From positions 36,892,001 to 36,956,000 of the forward strand of contig CM119371.1 in the NCBI GenBank assembly GCA_051294905.1: a stretch of DNA of 64,000 nt. The letters run 5' to 3'. The notes beneath the pieces were generated by a model. It was given only the letters and a program-made list of their open reading frames with translations. It was not told where the DNA came from and ran no database searches. The DNA comes from Botryllus schlosseri (lineage: Eukaryota). Position numbers and translations under genes: made by a program. Shown here piece after piece: positions 12,739 to 25,775 of this stretch (position 1 is its first letter; each line of letters opens with the position of its first letter).

Positions 12739-14053
12739 CAGGGGTGGCCAATCTGCGGCAGTAGACGGGAAATTACGCTGCCGTCGACACTTAATTCGAT
12801 TATAATGTGTTGGCGGCCGTCTATATGCAAATTGAATTTACGAATTGACTCCCCAATTACTGAGACGTTTGAATTACTCTTGAAATTTTGTTCGCGCTAG
12901 GCGCGGTTCAATTCGAGTTAATTTTCGATTTCAATATAGTAGTGTTCTTTTTAATCTGAGTCTGATAGTACAGGTGCGAAAAGCAGACGAAAATGATGCG
13001 CCCAATAAAGAAATTTCAATATGTAATCGTGTTCTCTTCATCACGAAGGAAATTTGTTTCTGGTGTGCCTACGTTTACGGGAATCCAATATATTTAGCCT
13101 GTACCGGCAATCCTGATGGGAGGTCAAGAAATAACAGCATGCAACAATGAGGACTAATAACAATTGACCCACCAATTAATAAAAATAATAATAATAATAA
13201 TGTGGCGATGCAAAATTAACATTGTACCGATAGTCATTGGCGGTACAGGGGTCGTAAGCAAAAAACTCATGAAACATATCCAACAAATTCCAGGTAACGT
13301 TCGATTCGACATGATCCAAAAGATCACATTATTGGGCACTGTGCTCATTCTTCGCAGGGCCTTGAATGCACCACTGGACTAGAGTTACATTGTGAATCAC
13401 AGCATCATTTCTGTAATTTCGATTCTTTATCTTCAATCATTTCTACCTCTGCTCTGTAACCCTTGCCAATTCTTCATCTGATGCAATTCTGTAATCTGAC
13501 TTCTCCATGTATTGCATAGGAATAACAATTTGAATGTATTACTGAAATTTTAAAAATTCACTCCAATCTTGCCATTTTCCTTTGGGGTCAGGTTGCTTCC
13601 CGGATTATATGTGTATTTACCAGTTTTACTGTGAATAAAGAATATAATAATAATACAATCCCTAAGTTTTCGAAGACACTTCCTGCATCAACTCTACCGG
13701 TAAATCTGATCACATGGGCTGAGAATGGCTAAATATTTGATAGTTATGTGAAACTATAATAATAATAATATCGATGACGAAATTCACTCATAAATAGGAA
13801 AAAAAAATCGCACTTCGCGCGTCTAGTAAATGTTATATCTGTGGCTATTCACAACATGAATACTCACGATTTCAGTGCGCATAGTAAGCCAAATATAGAT
13901 TAATCCGGAGTTCACTGGCAAATGACATGGACATTCTAACGTGGGTATTTGGCCTCCAGTTAGTTCATTACGACTATGCACTGGAATGCGGCCGTATAGG
14001 CTACATAAGTAATCGAAATGCGACCGTGAATAGTAAAAAGGTTGCCACCCCTG
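12739..14053 (-). mobile_element. Family B hAT MITE carrying a nested R4/Dong-like LINE fragment
   Basis: CAGGGGTGGCCAA...GGTTGCCACCCCTG; reverse-complement homology to 5273-6028. Confidence 0.8.
13200..13654 (+). mobile_element. 5'-truncated R4/Dong-like (RLE-type) non-LTR retrotransposon
   Basis: MWRCKINIVPIVIGGTGVVSKKLMKHIQQIP...IQKITLLGTVLILRRAL* is the typical C-terminus of R4-clade ORFs. It is followed by a 3' UTR with AATAAA and flanked by (TAA)n on both sides. Confidence 0.8.
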
Positions 14054-14477
14054 CTTTAGTTGCTAAGGAGTGTTATCAAGTAGGCCTATCGTGCGCAGCT
14101 CATAGTTCAAAATAGAATGAAAGTGTTGATCATTATATTTTTTGTTGTATTTGTATCTCTTCAATAAAATATTATTTCTTGTGGTAACTATGCTCATCAC
14201 CCTTGTTAGAGAGCACAGCGTTGTACTGTTTGTTTCGAATGAATGTATTTTGCAACGAGATCTCAAGGATGTATAGAACTTTGTCTGCCTATGACAACTA
14301 CTGCATCATCTGCACTGTTACGCCATTTTTCTTCGGCGCCTCCATAACATACCAGCAACCACATATTGGGTGTTCACTGTTTGCGCCCCTTTCGAAATCC
14401 AAATCGACCCCAGGGGAGCGATGGCGACATGGTTATGAACCACTTATGTAGATCAGGAGTTCTCAAATTACCATGTA

Positions 14478-16354
14478 GGGGAAATGGGGTACTGATGAGA
14501 CACTGGAACCGAAATTACTTTAAAAAATTCTGTATGATAGTCGCATAATTACACTCCGTAAATAAGTTTACAAATGCATGTTGGCGGAATCTTTCTTCAC
14601 GTGCATATAACTTTGACGTGCGCGAGTTATGGGGTCTGCGACAGACGTTTTCTGTTTTTAGGGGTATAAAATAAATTTCGATCGACTCATTCAATTTTCT
14701 TTGTAACCATCAAAACGAAAAAAGAGCAATCATTTTTAATATGAAGTGTACTGCTTGCATCAGGCTATATAACGACACATATCAATTTTATTTAATAACA
14801 TCCTTGGGTGGACTTTTTTGAATTCATTCACTATGGGTTAATTGCGTGGGAGTCGATGATAACATGGCCAAATCAAGCAAAATAGTTGAAGGTACTAATC
14901 ATGCTACCACAGAAACACGCGTCCATGCAGAGGTGCTGTATGTTATAATAATGACCAGTGGTATTTTATACCTATACCGCGCTATTTGGAATTCAAAATG
15001 TCGATTTGCGGCAATATGTATGAACTTTCAAATCTGTAAGTTCGAGCCTAAATCGAAACATCATTTTCTTCCAACATTTGTGTTAATATTTATTCGATAT
15101 GTTTACCAGTGTTGGGATGACTCGAGTCAGACTCGAGTCAACTTTTTCGTATGACTTGACTTGACTCGATTCACTTTGGAAAAATGACTTGACTTGACTT
15201 GACTCGGGGCTTGAAAAAAAATTTGCCTCGACTCGACACTCGGAGCAAAATTTACGAGTCAATTTCAAGTCATCAAGTAATCGCTGTCGAATAAATCACT
15301 CTATCTGTTGTATGTTCATATTGTTCGAGATACGCCGGTATCCCTTGCGAGAGCAACCATAGATTCACTGATTTTACTTTACACTGATACTCCATTGCTG
15401 CATCACAAACAAATTGACCGCGAACAAAACTATCACAGCGCTTGCGTGGCCGTAGTAATAGATTAATCTAATAGCAATGTGCCTCTGTTTCTTAGACGGC
15501 TCAATGCTTAAGTTGCGCAGTGCTTACCTTTACCAGCCCTTTTGTATGATTGGAGTCGAACAAATGTAGTATGTGCGTTGATATTCTCACGGATTTGTAG
15601 ATGGGGGTGAAGGCTATTATATCATATAAATTTGTTTCAACCTCTCTCTGTATTCGGTTCTATATTAATCACGTGTTTTATTAGCAGTTCTATGTGTGCG
15701 TGAGCGATGAAACGCTTTTGCGTAGGTATATTTAACTTAATATTCGTTAATTGATTCAAGATAACTGGTCAATTAATTTGTCTTTCACACAGCTAGCAAA
15801 ATGTAGGGACTTTGAATCTTTTCTCAGACTTCGAAAATTCAATTTGACTTGAATTGTGATTGACTCGTGTCTTGACTTGATTTGACTCGACTTGACTCGA
15901 GTCACCGCCAAAAAATGAGTGACTTGACTTGACTCGAGGCAAAATGTGTAATGACTCGAGATGACTCGTGACTGGAGGGAAGTGACTTGATCCCAACACT
16001 GATGTTTACGGCGGCGACAAAAACAATATTTTCTGACTTTCTATAGGTTAGATTACAATACAAAGAAAGAAAAGTAGGAACATCCGAGTTTTGAGACCAT
16101 GTCTCAGAGGTCCCAAGGTTGTGTACCTTTAGCCCCCCCTTCCCCCCACCCTCATCCCCCGGTGGAGATTGATGATAGGTTTCAGCAACAAATTTACGTT
16201 CACAAAATATTTTTGATATGGCGGATATTTATCTATATATCTGCGGTAGGTATAGAAGCTTATTATCAAAGTGCTGATCCAGTTGTTGCTATCGGCTGAA
16301 CATTTGGGGGACAGAGATTTACTCATTTTTGTTCCATCGCTACCTCATATCCCC
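14478..16354. mobile_element. Tc1/mariner-type (TA-TSD) MITE, family C, with a nested hAT
   Basis: TA|GGGGAAATGGGGTAC...GCTACCTCATATCCCC|TA; inverted homolog of 24195-25169. Confidence 0.75.
15107..16001. mobile_element. hAT MITE with GACTCGAGTC/GACTT subterminal repeats
   Basis: TIR CAGTGTTGGGAT...ATCCCAACACTG; perfect TSD ATGTTTAC (15099-15106, 16002-16009). Confidence 0.92.
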
Positions 16355-16467
16355 TATAACGGGCCGCATTTAAGCATTAAAAGGTGCTGCGGGCAGCAAA
16401 ACATTATGATGTAATCGTATTTACCAGTTGTATACGGACGTTTAATACATGGTTATACATTCTAAAG

Positions 16468-18519
16468 CAGTGGTTCTCAACCTTTTTCACCTCTCGGACC
16501 GGTGAAATTTCAAAAAATGTCTGACGGACCAGTGGACTTTCAAAAATTGAAATGAAGCCAAAATGTAAAGTTTGCAACCGTTATTTGCAACTATATGGTG
16601 CTAGAAAGTGACATTTAGAGGGTTTTGATCGTAATTTCAATTATCTCCATGATGGTATCCATGTGATTTTATGGTACTGAGTCTGCTGAGTCGAGGTAAA
16701 ATTGCCTTGTCCAGATAAACATGCTAATGCCCAGAGTCGCTTACGGTCTTTCGCGCCGACGGCCGTGGATTTAACCGACCACGCCAACTCGAATAATATT
16801 CTTCTGTCTGACAATATCGAGAGAAGAAGCGTTTCGGAGTCGAACCAAGCACCTTACCGTGCTACCTTGCTTATTGCCCACAACCACCAGACGCGGCTAC
16901 TCTGGCAACTACGAGTGAAACGCGCCGCACGAATACACCTTACAATAGCTATAATGGTCATCCGCATATCCGGGCCCAAAAATCTCTTCGTCATCCCACC
17001 CCAAGTAACGTCGGTCTTGGGCCCCACGGTGCGATAAGCCAAACTACGAGAGGCTTCACCCCCAAACCCCACATTTAGGTGGATATTTTCACCTGTACTT
17101 GTGAGCAGGCATACATTCTACTCTGCGTAAGCCAGTGGTTCTTAACCTTGTCTACAGTGTCTCCCAGTGGCGATTTGGATTTTAAAGGGGGTGGAAACGC
17201 CAAGGGGGCGATATGGGGGCGCTGGGCTCAGGGGGCTGTACGGGAGCGCTGACGAAAAATGACATCGCAGTAGATGGTGTAGTATGGACATATGATTATA
17301 TAGTAGAAAAATAGTTTTATATATCCCTGAGTTCTCATTACAAATTACTATTCGACAAAATCTGTCAAATCTCGAAATTCTTCGTTGCGCCTCGCGCGAA
17401 ATGTACACTTACGCTGGTTCCATGAATGCACTGGTTTAGTATAATTCATGTAAAATAAATTGCGCGTACTTTTGGATATCCAATTCCCCATTAAAACACT
17501 ACCGTCACGTTAGCTCGGAATATTTCCCTCAAAATGTTTCGATCTATACTTATTGTATCCTGCAGCGCATATTGTGTCGAAACAGTTCAGATGGTACTAC
17601 TGTACGCTACCACTTTTGAGAGTGATGCCCTTTGTACATCAAAGATTATTTGGAGCTTTCCGGCCAAAATGATTACCGAAATATAATTGTATTTGTAACT
17701 TGACTTCGACCACTTTCCCATTGTTTTTGACTACAGTATTTAAAATAGGGGGGCGCCACACCCAGGCAATTTTTGAAAGGGGCGCTGGAGGAAAAATGGT
17801 TAAGAACCACTGGTGTAAGCAGAGAGTTTATGTAGCTTAATCGCAACAATAGCGAAAATTTTCGATCATTCATTTCTGAATCGGTTTTCTCGCTGCCTAA
17901 TTTTGACACACCTTTCTGAGTCCTATGTTAGCCTAAACTTCATTATGTGTTGGTACGACGTGGCGCGGTAATGCCTGGCGCCGAATGCCTATTTCTATTA
18001 ATCATGCGCAGCCCATTTCTTGGAGACAGGCACCAAGACATTTAGTAACACTAAGTCGCGCAAAGCCCGAAAAGAATTTAAAAAATGTTGAAAAGTTAAA
18101 AAAAAGAATTCGCTATGATTTATGTTCATTTTCAAAATGATTTTGGGTCCTTTTAAGCTCGGCTCCTCTCCAATTGGAAGATTTGGGGTGCCCCAGCTAT
18201 GGTTCTGCACAAATGAATGAATCGAAAACGAATGATTGCGCAAACTGAGCTGTCTAGCGATGAGGCAGCTGGTATCTGTTCTGTACTTGTCGCTCGCATG
18301 TCGTAAAATGACACGTCTTGTCACTTCAAGTCAAATCGAACATGTTGCCAGCCCTACTGTTACCTCACGAAGTTCTGAATCAGTTTAAAATTTGACGTTT
18401 TCTTTATTTTATCAATGGACAAGCCTTCCACATTGCATCTAGAAATGAAGGTATAAAATTGTAGTGTACCTGGCGGACTGGCAGGAATGTCGTCGCGGAC
18501 CGGTGGTCGAGAACCACTG
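16468..18519. mobile_element. Charlie-type non-autonomous hAT
   Basis: CAGTGGTTCTCAACC...GGTCGAGAACCACTG; perfect TSD TTCTAAAG (16460-16467, 18520-18527). Confidence 0.9.
17133..17812. mobile_element. Nested Charlie-type MITE
   Basis: CAGTGGTTCTTAACC...GGTTAAGAACCACTG; TSD GCGTAAGC/GTGTAAGC. Confidence 0.88.
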
Positions 18520-19118
18520 TTCTAAAGCATTAATAGACTGAGTGCGCAAGTTTGCAGTTGCTGTTATTTGTGTGGACATGTTATCTTCCGGGGGCGGATG
18601 TAAATCATGCCTATTTGTTTCTTAAACGTAATGCTTACTATTGTTAGCAGCAAGTAGGTGTATGCGCATTCGAATCCTTCCACCACAGAGCTCTCTGTTT
18701 CAGTGTGTCAGCGAGCAAGTATGAAATCACGGTAACTGATTTCGTCGCAGAGGCCATTGTCTCCGTGAGCTCTTCATCTATCGTGCAGAACACATTGATA
18801 TGAGAATATGTCTGTGATTTTGGTTTTTTTGTGACAAAACAATCAACCCTTTTCCTTTCCTACAATGATTGGAGCCCCATCAATAATTCCAGAAGTCAGC
18901 TTTATCAAGTTGATGTTTTCGCGTTTGCCCTGCCAGCATTTACTCTGCAAATATGTCCACTCAGAAAAAATAAACCCAGATTATTAGCTTTGCAATATCC
19001 GTGGAGTCGGTGGCTTCGTCCTATGCTGGACTGAAGTAACCTACGCGGCAATTTGTTTTAGTAAGTGCGATAAAAGATTGACAGACATTGCTGTTGCTCA
19101 TTTGGACACGCTTGAATC

Positions 19119-20362
19119 CAGAGGTGGTCAGTAACGGAGTACATCTACTTTTCGAAGTACTTAAGTAGTTTCTTTCTACTTCTGGTACTTACTCAAGTAG
19201 ATAGAATTTTCATTACTTCTACTTCGTAATATTTTGTGATCTACTTACTTACTTCTCGCTATTTTTAGTTTGTCAAGTAGAAGTAGTGTAACCCTCCAAT
19301 TAGCAAGAGAAACGGGGGAATTCTCTGGCTGTTTTCACGGAGTTCTGACTTTGAATTTTAAGAAAAACCCAGACTTTCCTTCTCGCTTCACATCAAGACG
19401 ATATAAATTACGAATATGTTTTCACAAAAGTGAATATTATTTAGGTTGCATTGCACCGCATTGTCGCCCATATGACATATTTCCTCACAGTAATATGGCC
19501 CATCATAAAGTTTGAAACTACCGTTTTGCAATCTAGCATTCACCCATCATATCGTAATCTACCAGCCTGTGGCGTGTCCTAATCTGGAAAAGTGACTTTT
19601 TAAACGTTCGATCTGTTTTAGCAGACCTCCGGTAAAACTGTCTCGACAAAAGACGTGAAATACATTTTCCGCTTGTCTGATGTAGTATTGGTATTTCTCG
19701 TTCAATTCACAGTATCATTTCTGTCAGTTCTAATTAGTTTCAGTTCTTTTGTCTGGGTAACATACATCTTTAAGTTTTAAAGGAAGAGTAGCATCGCCGT
19801 TTATTTTCCTAAAATACAATTACACTATACGGCAGTTTTACGTTACGACATATTTTTTGTATCATCGTATATGAATCGCGCAAAGTGTTAACATCGTATC
19901 CATTCAACTTCTCCGTATTGCTCTTCGACTAAACTAAAGACCGTAATACGCGTGTGCAAACATGCCATGACATTTTCTAAAACGGGATGTTCTAGTAAAC
20001 AAAAGATTAGTATGTCATTTCCATATAGCAAAACTATCATTTGCATCTCATGATGTGGTCGAAAGCTGCTGCCGTCAGAACTTGATACCTTCTCGGATGC
20101 ATCAATATGCATTGTGCATGAAACTCTCTGCACCTTCCGCATAGCTTAATTTGCAGCTTTTGAAAGTCCATGCGTTCATTATGACCCTTTTCAAAACTAC
20201 TTACTTATTTGAGTAGATTTGAAGTCAACAAATTCTACTTTTACTTCGAGTAGTTTTAGGTCGCTTGAATAAGAAGTACTTCTACTCGTACTTGGGTAGA
20301 TTTTTTCGTCACTACTTCTACTTCTACTTGAGTAGCTTTCTTGGCTACTTTGACCACCTCTG
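19119..20362 (+). mobile_element. hAT non-autonomous element, family D, copy 1
   Basis: TIR CAGAGGTGGTCA...TGACCACCTCTG; AAGTAG/CTACTT subterminal repeats; inverted homolog of 22232-23475; no TSD. Confidence 0.85.
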
Positions 20363-22231
20363 GTAGTAGACAAACACCATGAATGCCACAAAACAGGACT
20401 AGTCGAAAAGCTATCCAATGTCCATGGTCATTTTTCCAGTGCACCCATGTGTGCAGGAAAATCTCCGTCTTTGATCAGTTCACAGATCTGTGGCCTATGC
20501 CCGAAGATGATATTAATCCTGAAACTTCTTTACAGTATATTATAGAGCAGTGGTTCTCAAACATTTTTAGACACGACCCCTTTTTGGTAGTGAAAAATTT
20601 CGCGCTCCCTTCTCGTGATATTACGAAATATTAAAGAGAGAAAACAGATTTCTATCAATCCCAATGGATAGTTTGATGGTATTGAAGGTTATAATTGCTA
20701 TTGAGGAGAGAATTTTCAAATATGAAATTCGGACAATAGACCATAGACCATAGATATACCATGAGCTGGTCCTCGTTCTAATTGAAATCTTTTTTAAACT
20801 TTTCATTAAACCACCATTGCTAAATTCTTTTTATGACGTCACAAGTCTCAATCGCATAACGCTGAAAGCTGTAGTTTTCGAAAATTCAAATGCAATTTGC
20901 TAAAAATTTAGACCTGATTGAAGAAAACGGTTTACAGTTTTGGTTTCAGCATCAAAAAGCACACTCAGAACCATCAATGCTTTGGTAACCTTAAAATTAT
21001 AGCAGCACAGTGTTACATATCGAGACAACGCATACGAAATTATTCCATTCAATTTTCATTGCCAATATTATATTCGGGGCACATTTAGGCTATATACTTG
21101 CACTCAAACTCTTTCAGATTCTCTCATTTCTTCTTATCGACGTTGCAGAGACGAGGCCATCGGTCCACTCTCCGGGTAAATATCTTCGAAGATTTTCAAT
21201 ATTTCTTCAGCGTCGCATTGTAGCAATTTATGGAAATAATAGCTCTCGTCTATTGCTTTCTTTGTATCCGTATTCATTAGCGCAATTTGTTACTGCTGAA
21301 ATAGCGATTTTACAATTAGACGAAACTTCCGCACACCGAAATATATAGCTTGATGATATTTCGTGAAATACCTTTTCATAAAACGATAGATATGTTATTC
21401 GTCGTTATTATTGGAGTACCGTCTGGTCTACTCCTACTGCATGGGTCACCAATACGCGCCCCGCGCGCCGCATGCGGCTCGTGACATGATTTCAGACTTA
21501 CAAAGAACGCTCAGTAAAGCATTTTGACATGCTGAAATTGACTGTTACTTAAAGATATTGTTATTGTTGTACGAAATAATTGTTTCTCCTGTGCCTGAGA
21601 TCACTATTCCTCGCCAGCTGATACGTTTTCGGCGATGGTATAATAGCATTCCACGGAGGAAGAATTAGTTGGTATGACGGGGCACATTAACGTGACGTGC
21701 AATGTCCCAGACACTGCCAAAACCGAGACGCGTAGAAAACGACAGGAGGCTTCTCCACGAAATCAAGCTGTACGAGGAGATAGTTTTCCAGCAAGTACCG
21801 TGACTAACCCTAATATCGATTCTTTAGTCACTGAAAAGTGTTATCAGATACCAATATCAATTTAGCGGACATTTTCCGGTGTCTATCATAGACCATTAAG
21901 GCGTAAGCTAATCATTCCATGCTAGTCCTCGTCGAAATTGCTGACAAAGCGACGGAAGGTATAGGTTTTATGGAACTAATAATGCATTTGATTGTTCCTG
22001 TTTATGCATTTGGTGATGTTTGAAAAGTCAGCCTGTACTTCAACATTGTGGCATAAAGTGGCCTGAGTCATCGTTAGGTATTGTGTACACCAGGGGCGGG
22101 CAACATACGGCCCGCGGGCCGGATCCGGCCCGCTAATGGATTTTGTCCGGCCCACGGACAGTTTTTCGTCTTACATGATGCTGTGGCCCGCGGCTTCAGT
22201 CTACAGGGATTCCCCACTACTTGCTTACTAC

Positions 22232-23475
22232 CAGAGGTGGTCAAAGTAGTCAAGAAAGCTACTCAAGTAGAAGTAGAAGTAGCGATGGAAAAATCTACTC
22301 AAGTACGAGTAGAAGTACTTCTTCCATGCACAACCTAAAACTACTTGAAGTAGAAGTAGAAATTGCTGGCTTTAAATCTACTCAAGTAAGTAAGTAGTTT
22401 TCAAAACGGTCATAATACGTTGGCATGGACTTTCGAAAGCTGCAAATTGAGCTGCGTGCGGAAGGTGCAGAGAGCTTCATGTACAATGCATTGCATATTG
22501 ATGCATCCCAGAATGTATAAATTTCCGACAGCATGAGCAAGAAATGATATTAGTGATATACAAATGAGATATCAATATTTTGTTTACTCAAACATTCCGT
22601 TTTAGAAAATGTCATGGCTTGTTCCCTCACCCATATTACGGCCTTTAGTTTAGTTGAAGAGCGATACGGAGAAGTTGTATGAATACGATGTTAACACTTT
22701 GTGCGATTCGTATACGATGATAAAAAAATATGGCGTAACGTAAAAATGCCATATAGTGTAATTGTGTTTTGGGAAAGTAGACGGCGATGCTACACTTGCT
22801 GTATGTTCTCCAGACAAAAGAAATGAAACTAATTAGAACTCTTAGTAATGATACTTCGAATTGAACGAGAACTACCGATACTACATCAGAAAAGCGGAAA
22901 ATGTATTCTATGTCTTTTGTCGAGACAGTTTTAATAACTGGTGGTCTGCTAAAACAGATCTAACGCTTATAAAGTCACAGCCCACTTTTCCAGATTAGGA
23001 CACGCCTAGATTACGATATGATAGGTAAATGCTAGACTGCGAAACGGTTGTTTCAAACGTTATGATGGGCCATATTTACTGTGATGAAATACGTCATATG
23101 CGCGACAATGCGGTGCAATGCAACCTGCAACCTAAATAATATTACCTTTCGTGAAAACATATTTGTAACTCTATATCTACTTGCTGTGAAGCGGGACGGA
23201 TATTTTGGGTTTGACTTAAATTTTCCTAAAATTGAAAGTTAAAACTCCGTGAAAACAGCCCAAGAATTCCCCAGTTTCTCTTTCTAGTTGGAGGGTTACC
23301 CTACTTCTACTTGACAAACTGAAAATAGCGAGAAGTAAGTAAGTAGATCACAAAATATTACGAAGTAGAAGTAGAAGTAGCGAAGATTATATCTACTTGA
23401 GTAAGTACCAGAAGTAGAGGAAAACTACTTGGGTACTTCGAAAAAGTAGAAGTACTTCGTTACTGACCACCTCTG
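22232..23475 (-). mobile_element. hAT non-autonomous element, family D, copy 2
   Basis: Same TIRs as copy 1; perfect TSD CTTACTAC (22224-22231, 23476-23483). Confidence 0.92.
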
Positions 23476-23637
23476 CTTACTACGCCAGATTTTAGTGACT
23501 GTATGTTATTTTATACGTGTATGCGCATTGCGGAGTTGCGCACATTGCGCAGCGTTGCGAGAGTGGAGCTTACGCGTAAATTCGTCGAAGCGAGAAGACT
23601 TGCATTGTCGGCATTTACGATGCACTCAACCCTAATG

Positions 23638-23897
23638 TCGTCTGTGGTGATCATGATTTTTGTCGACTACAGTGGTCATTTACACCAGGCTGATATTTCT
23701 TATTTTGATTCCGTAACCGCCGACCTGTAGCACGGCACACTTCTAGGCTTTTGTAAGGCACCGTTTATGCCAGGGGTCGCCAACTCAAAACGGGTCGCAG
23801 GCCACTTTTCAAATGTCGTAGAGGACACAGGCCGCATGAATTCAATGTCGAGATTGATTACGCCACACAGTTGAACAACGGCGCTATCTCGTCACCT
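23638..23897 (-). mobile_element. Degenerate tRNA-derived SINE copy (middle replaced by a hAT fragment)
   Basis: Reverse-complement homology to 58006-58290; 14-bp TSD ACTCAACCCTAATG/ACTCAATCCTAATG; absent from the sibling element at 52559-53098. Confidence 0.75.
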
Positions 23898-24194
23898 ACT
23901 CAATCCTAATGAATTGATATCTTGGTAAATTTGGGTTGCGGGGCTTATGGAACGCTCTAAAATCTTAATTAGGGATTGCACCGTGTGTTGATTGATCAGG
24001 AAGAAGCAGACATGGCGGCGTCTGTATGACAATGTTATTCTCAAATCCACATTGTCTTCGACATTATCGGCGAGAAATGGCTTTGAAGTGACATTGCTGT
24101 CGTTAAAATACATTCATTAAATAGGATTTATTCCTTGTATATGTGGATAAATGTGCGAATAATGTATCGATTCAGCAATCCGGCCCGCCAAGTA

Positions 24195-25169
24195 GGGGAG
24201 ATGTGGTACCGATGGATCAAAAATTGGAAAATGATCGCTGGCCCCGAAATGTTCAGCCGAAAACAGCAGATCTTTTGCTGGCTCAGCACTTTGATACAAG
24301 CTCTACCTATCGCGCATATATACATGAATCTATAATATATACATGAAGTCTTTTCAAAAAATATTTATGGACGTTCAAAATTTGTTGCTCGAACGTGTCA
24401 TCGGTCCCCACCCGGTGGGTCCAATGACACACGACCCGGGGACCTATGACACATATACCCTAAAATACTCAAATGTGACTACTTTTCTTGCTCAGTATTA
24501 TAATCTAAGCTGCAGCAAGCCAAAGAAGAATGTTTGGTCGTAACTGTCAAAAAATAGAATAAATATTAACTCAAATGTTGTCATAAAATCACGTTTCGAT
24601 TTAGGCTCGAACTTATAAATTTGTGGGTACATACATATTGCCCGAAAATCGACAGTGTGACTTCCAAATACCTCGTTATAGCGATAAAACATCATATGCA
24701 ATTATTAGATAAAGATTTTCTGTACGTAGGCATGTTTCATTTGTTTCGTGATTAGTATGCTTGATGATTTTGCTTGATTTGGCTATTGTATCATCGGTCC
24801 CCACCCTACGAATTTTATACACGAATCGAAAAAAGTCCACTCAAGGAAAGTACTGTAAACAACAATAGTTGCCATTATATAGCCTGATACAAGCCCTACA
24901 CTTCACAATAAAAACGATTGCTGGTTTGTTCGTGTTGAAGGTTACAAAGAAAAATGTATATGTCGATCTAAATTTAGTTTAGACCCCCCAAAACAAAAAT
25001 TATCTGTGAGAGACCCCATAGCTCGCGCACGTCGAATTTTTTTGTATGTGAGGAAAGATTTTGCCAGCATGCAATTGTAGACAAGTTCACGGAGTGTAAT
25101 CATGGAATTATCATAGAGAATTTTCAAAGTATTTTCGGTCCCAGTGATCCATCGGTACCACATCTCCCC
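24195..25169. mobile_element. Tc1/mariner-type MITE, family C
   Basis: 25-bp perfect TIR GGGGAGATGTGGTACCGATGGATCA. TA duplication confirmed by the empty site CCAAGTACATAAATTTCC at about 53042-53059. Confidence 0.92.
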
Positions 25170-25775
25170 TACTTAATTTTCCTATATCCGGCCCGCCGAC
25201 TGGAGATGTTGCTCGCCCCTGGTGTATACTGTACAGTACATTGTTATATTATATTTTACGGAAATACAGAGTTGGAAATCTTGGAATTGGAAATTCGCGT
25301 TCACATGGAACCTTTCAAAAAGGCTCGAGTTCACACGAACAAGAACCTTTCAGGGGGCCCACACCATCACTATCACTATCAGGTACTCGCTATTGCCCGG
25401 CCCTATACTTATGCGCTCTCCTCTCTCAATTCAACCAGTGACAAATGGAAATATCAAGCTACAGTTGAACGAAGGGGCATGTGGATATATTTCGAACTAA
25501 ATGCCTCATCGGCGCATCGCAGGTAGACCACATCATCCTCGACACTGTCTTTCATGACCAAACTGTAATTTAGTTCATTCATTGATAGCAAGCGCACAGC
25601 ACAGACAATACACTCGTCATTACGCCGCGAGTTATATTTTCCTTGTCAAATAGGTCAATCGAAATCCTTCAATTGTCACCATTTCCTTATTCCACAAAGC
25701 ACCACTACTCAATCCTATACGCAATAGATGTTGTATGTAAAAACAAGCATTGAAAAAATCTATAAAGTGAGCGTG

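Larger units (their letters stand above)
22091..25221 (+). mobile_element. Charlie-type MITE, family E, expanded by three nested insertions
   Basis: CAGGGGCGGGCAACAT...ATGTTGCTCGCCCCTG; TSD GTGTACAC/GTGTATAC; uninterrupted 540-bp sibling at 52559-53098. Confidence 0.88.
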
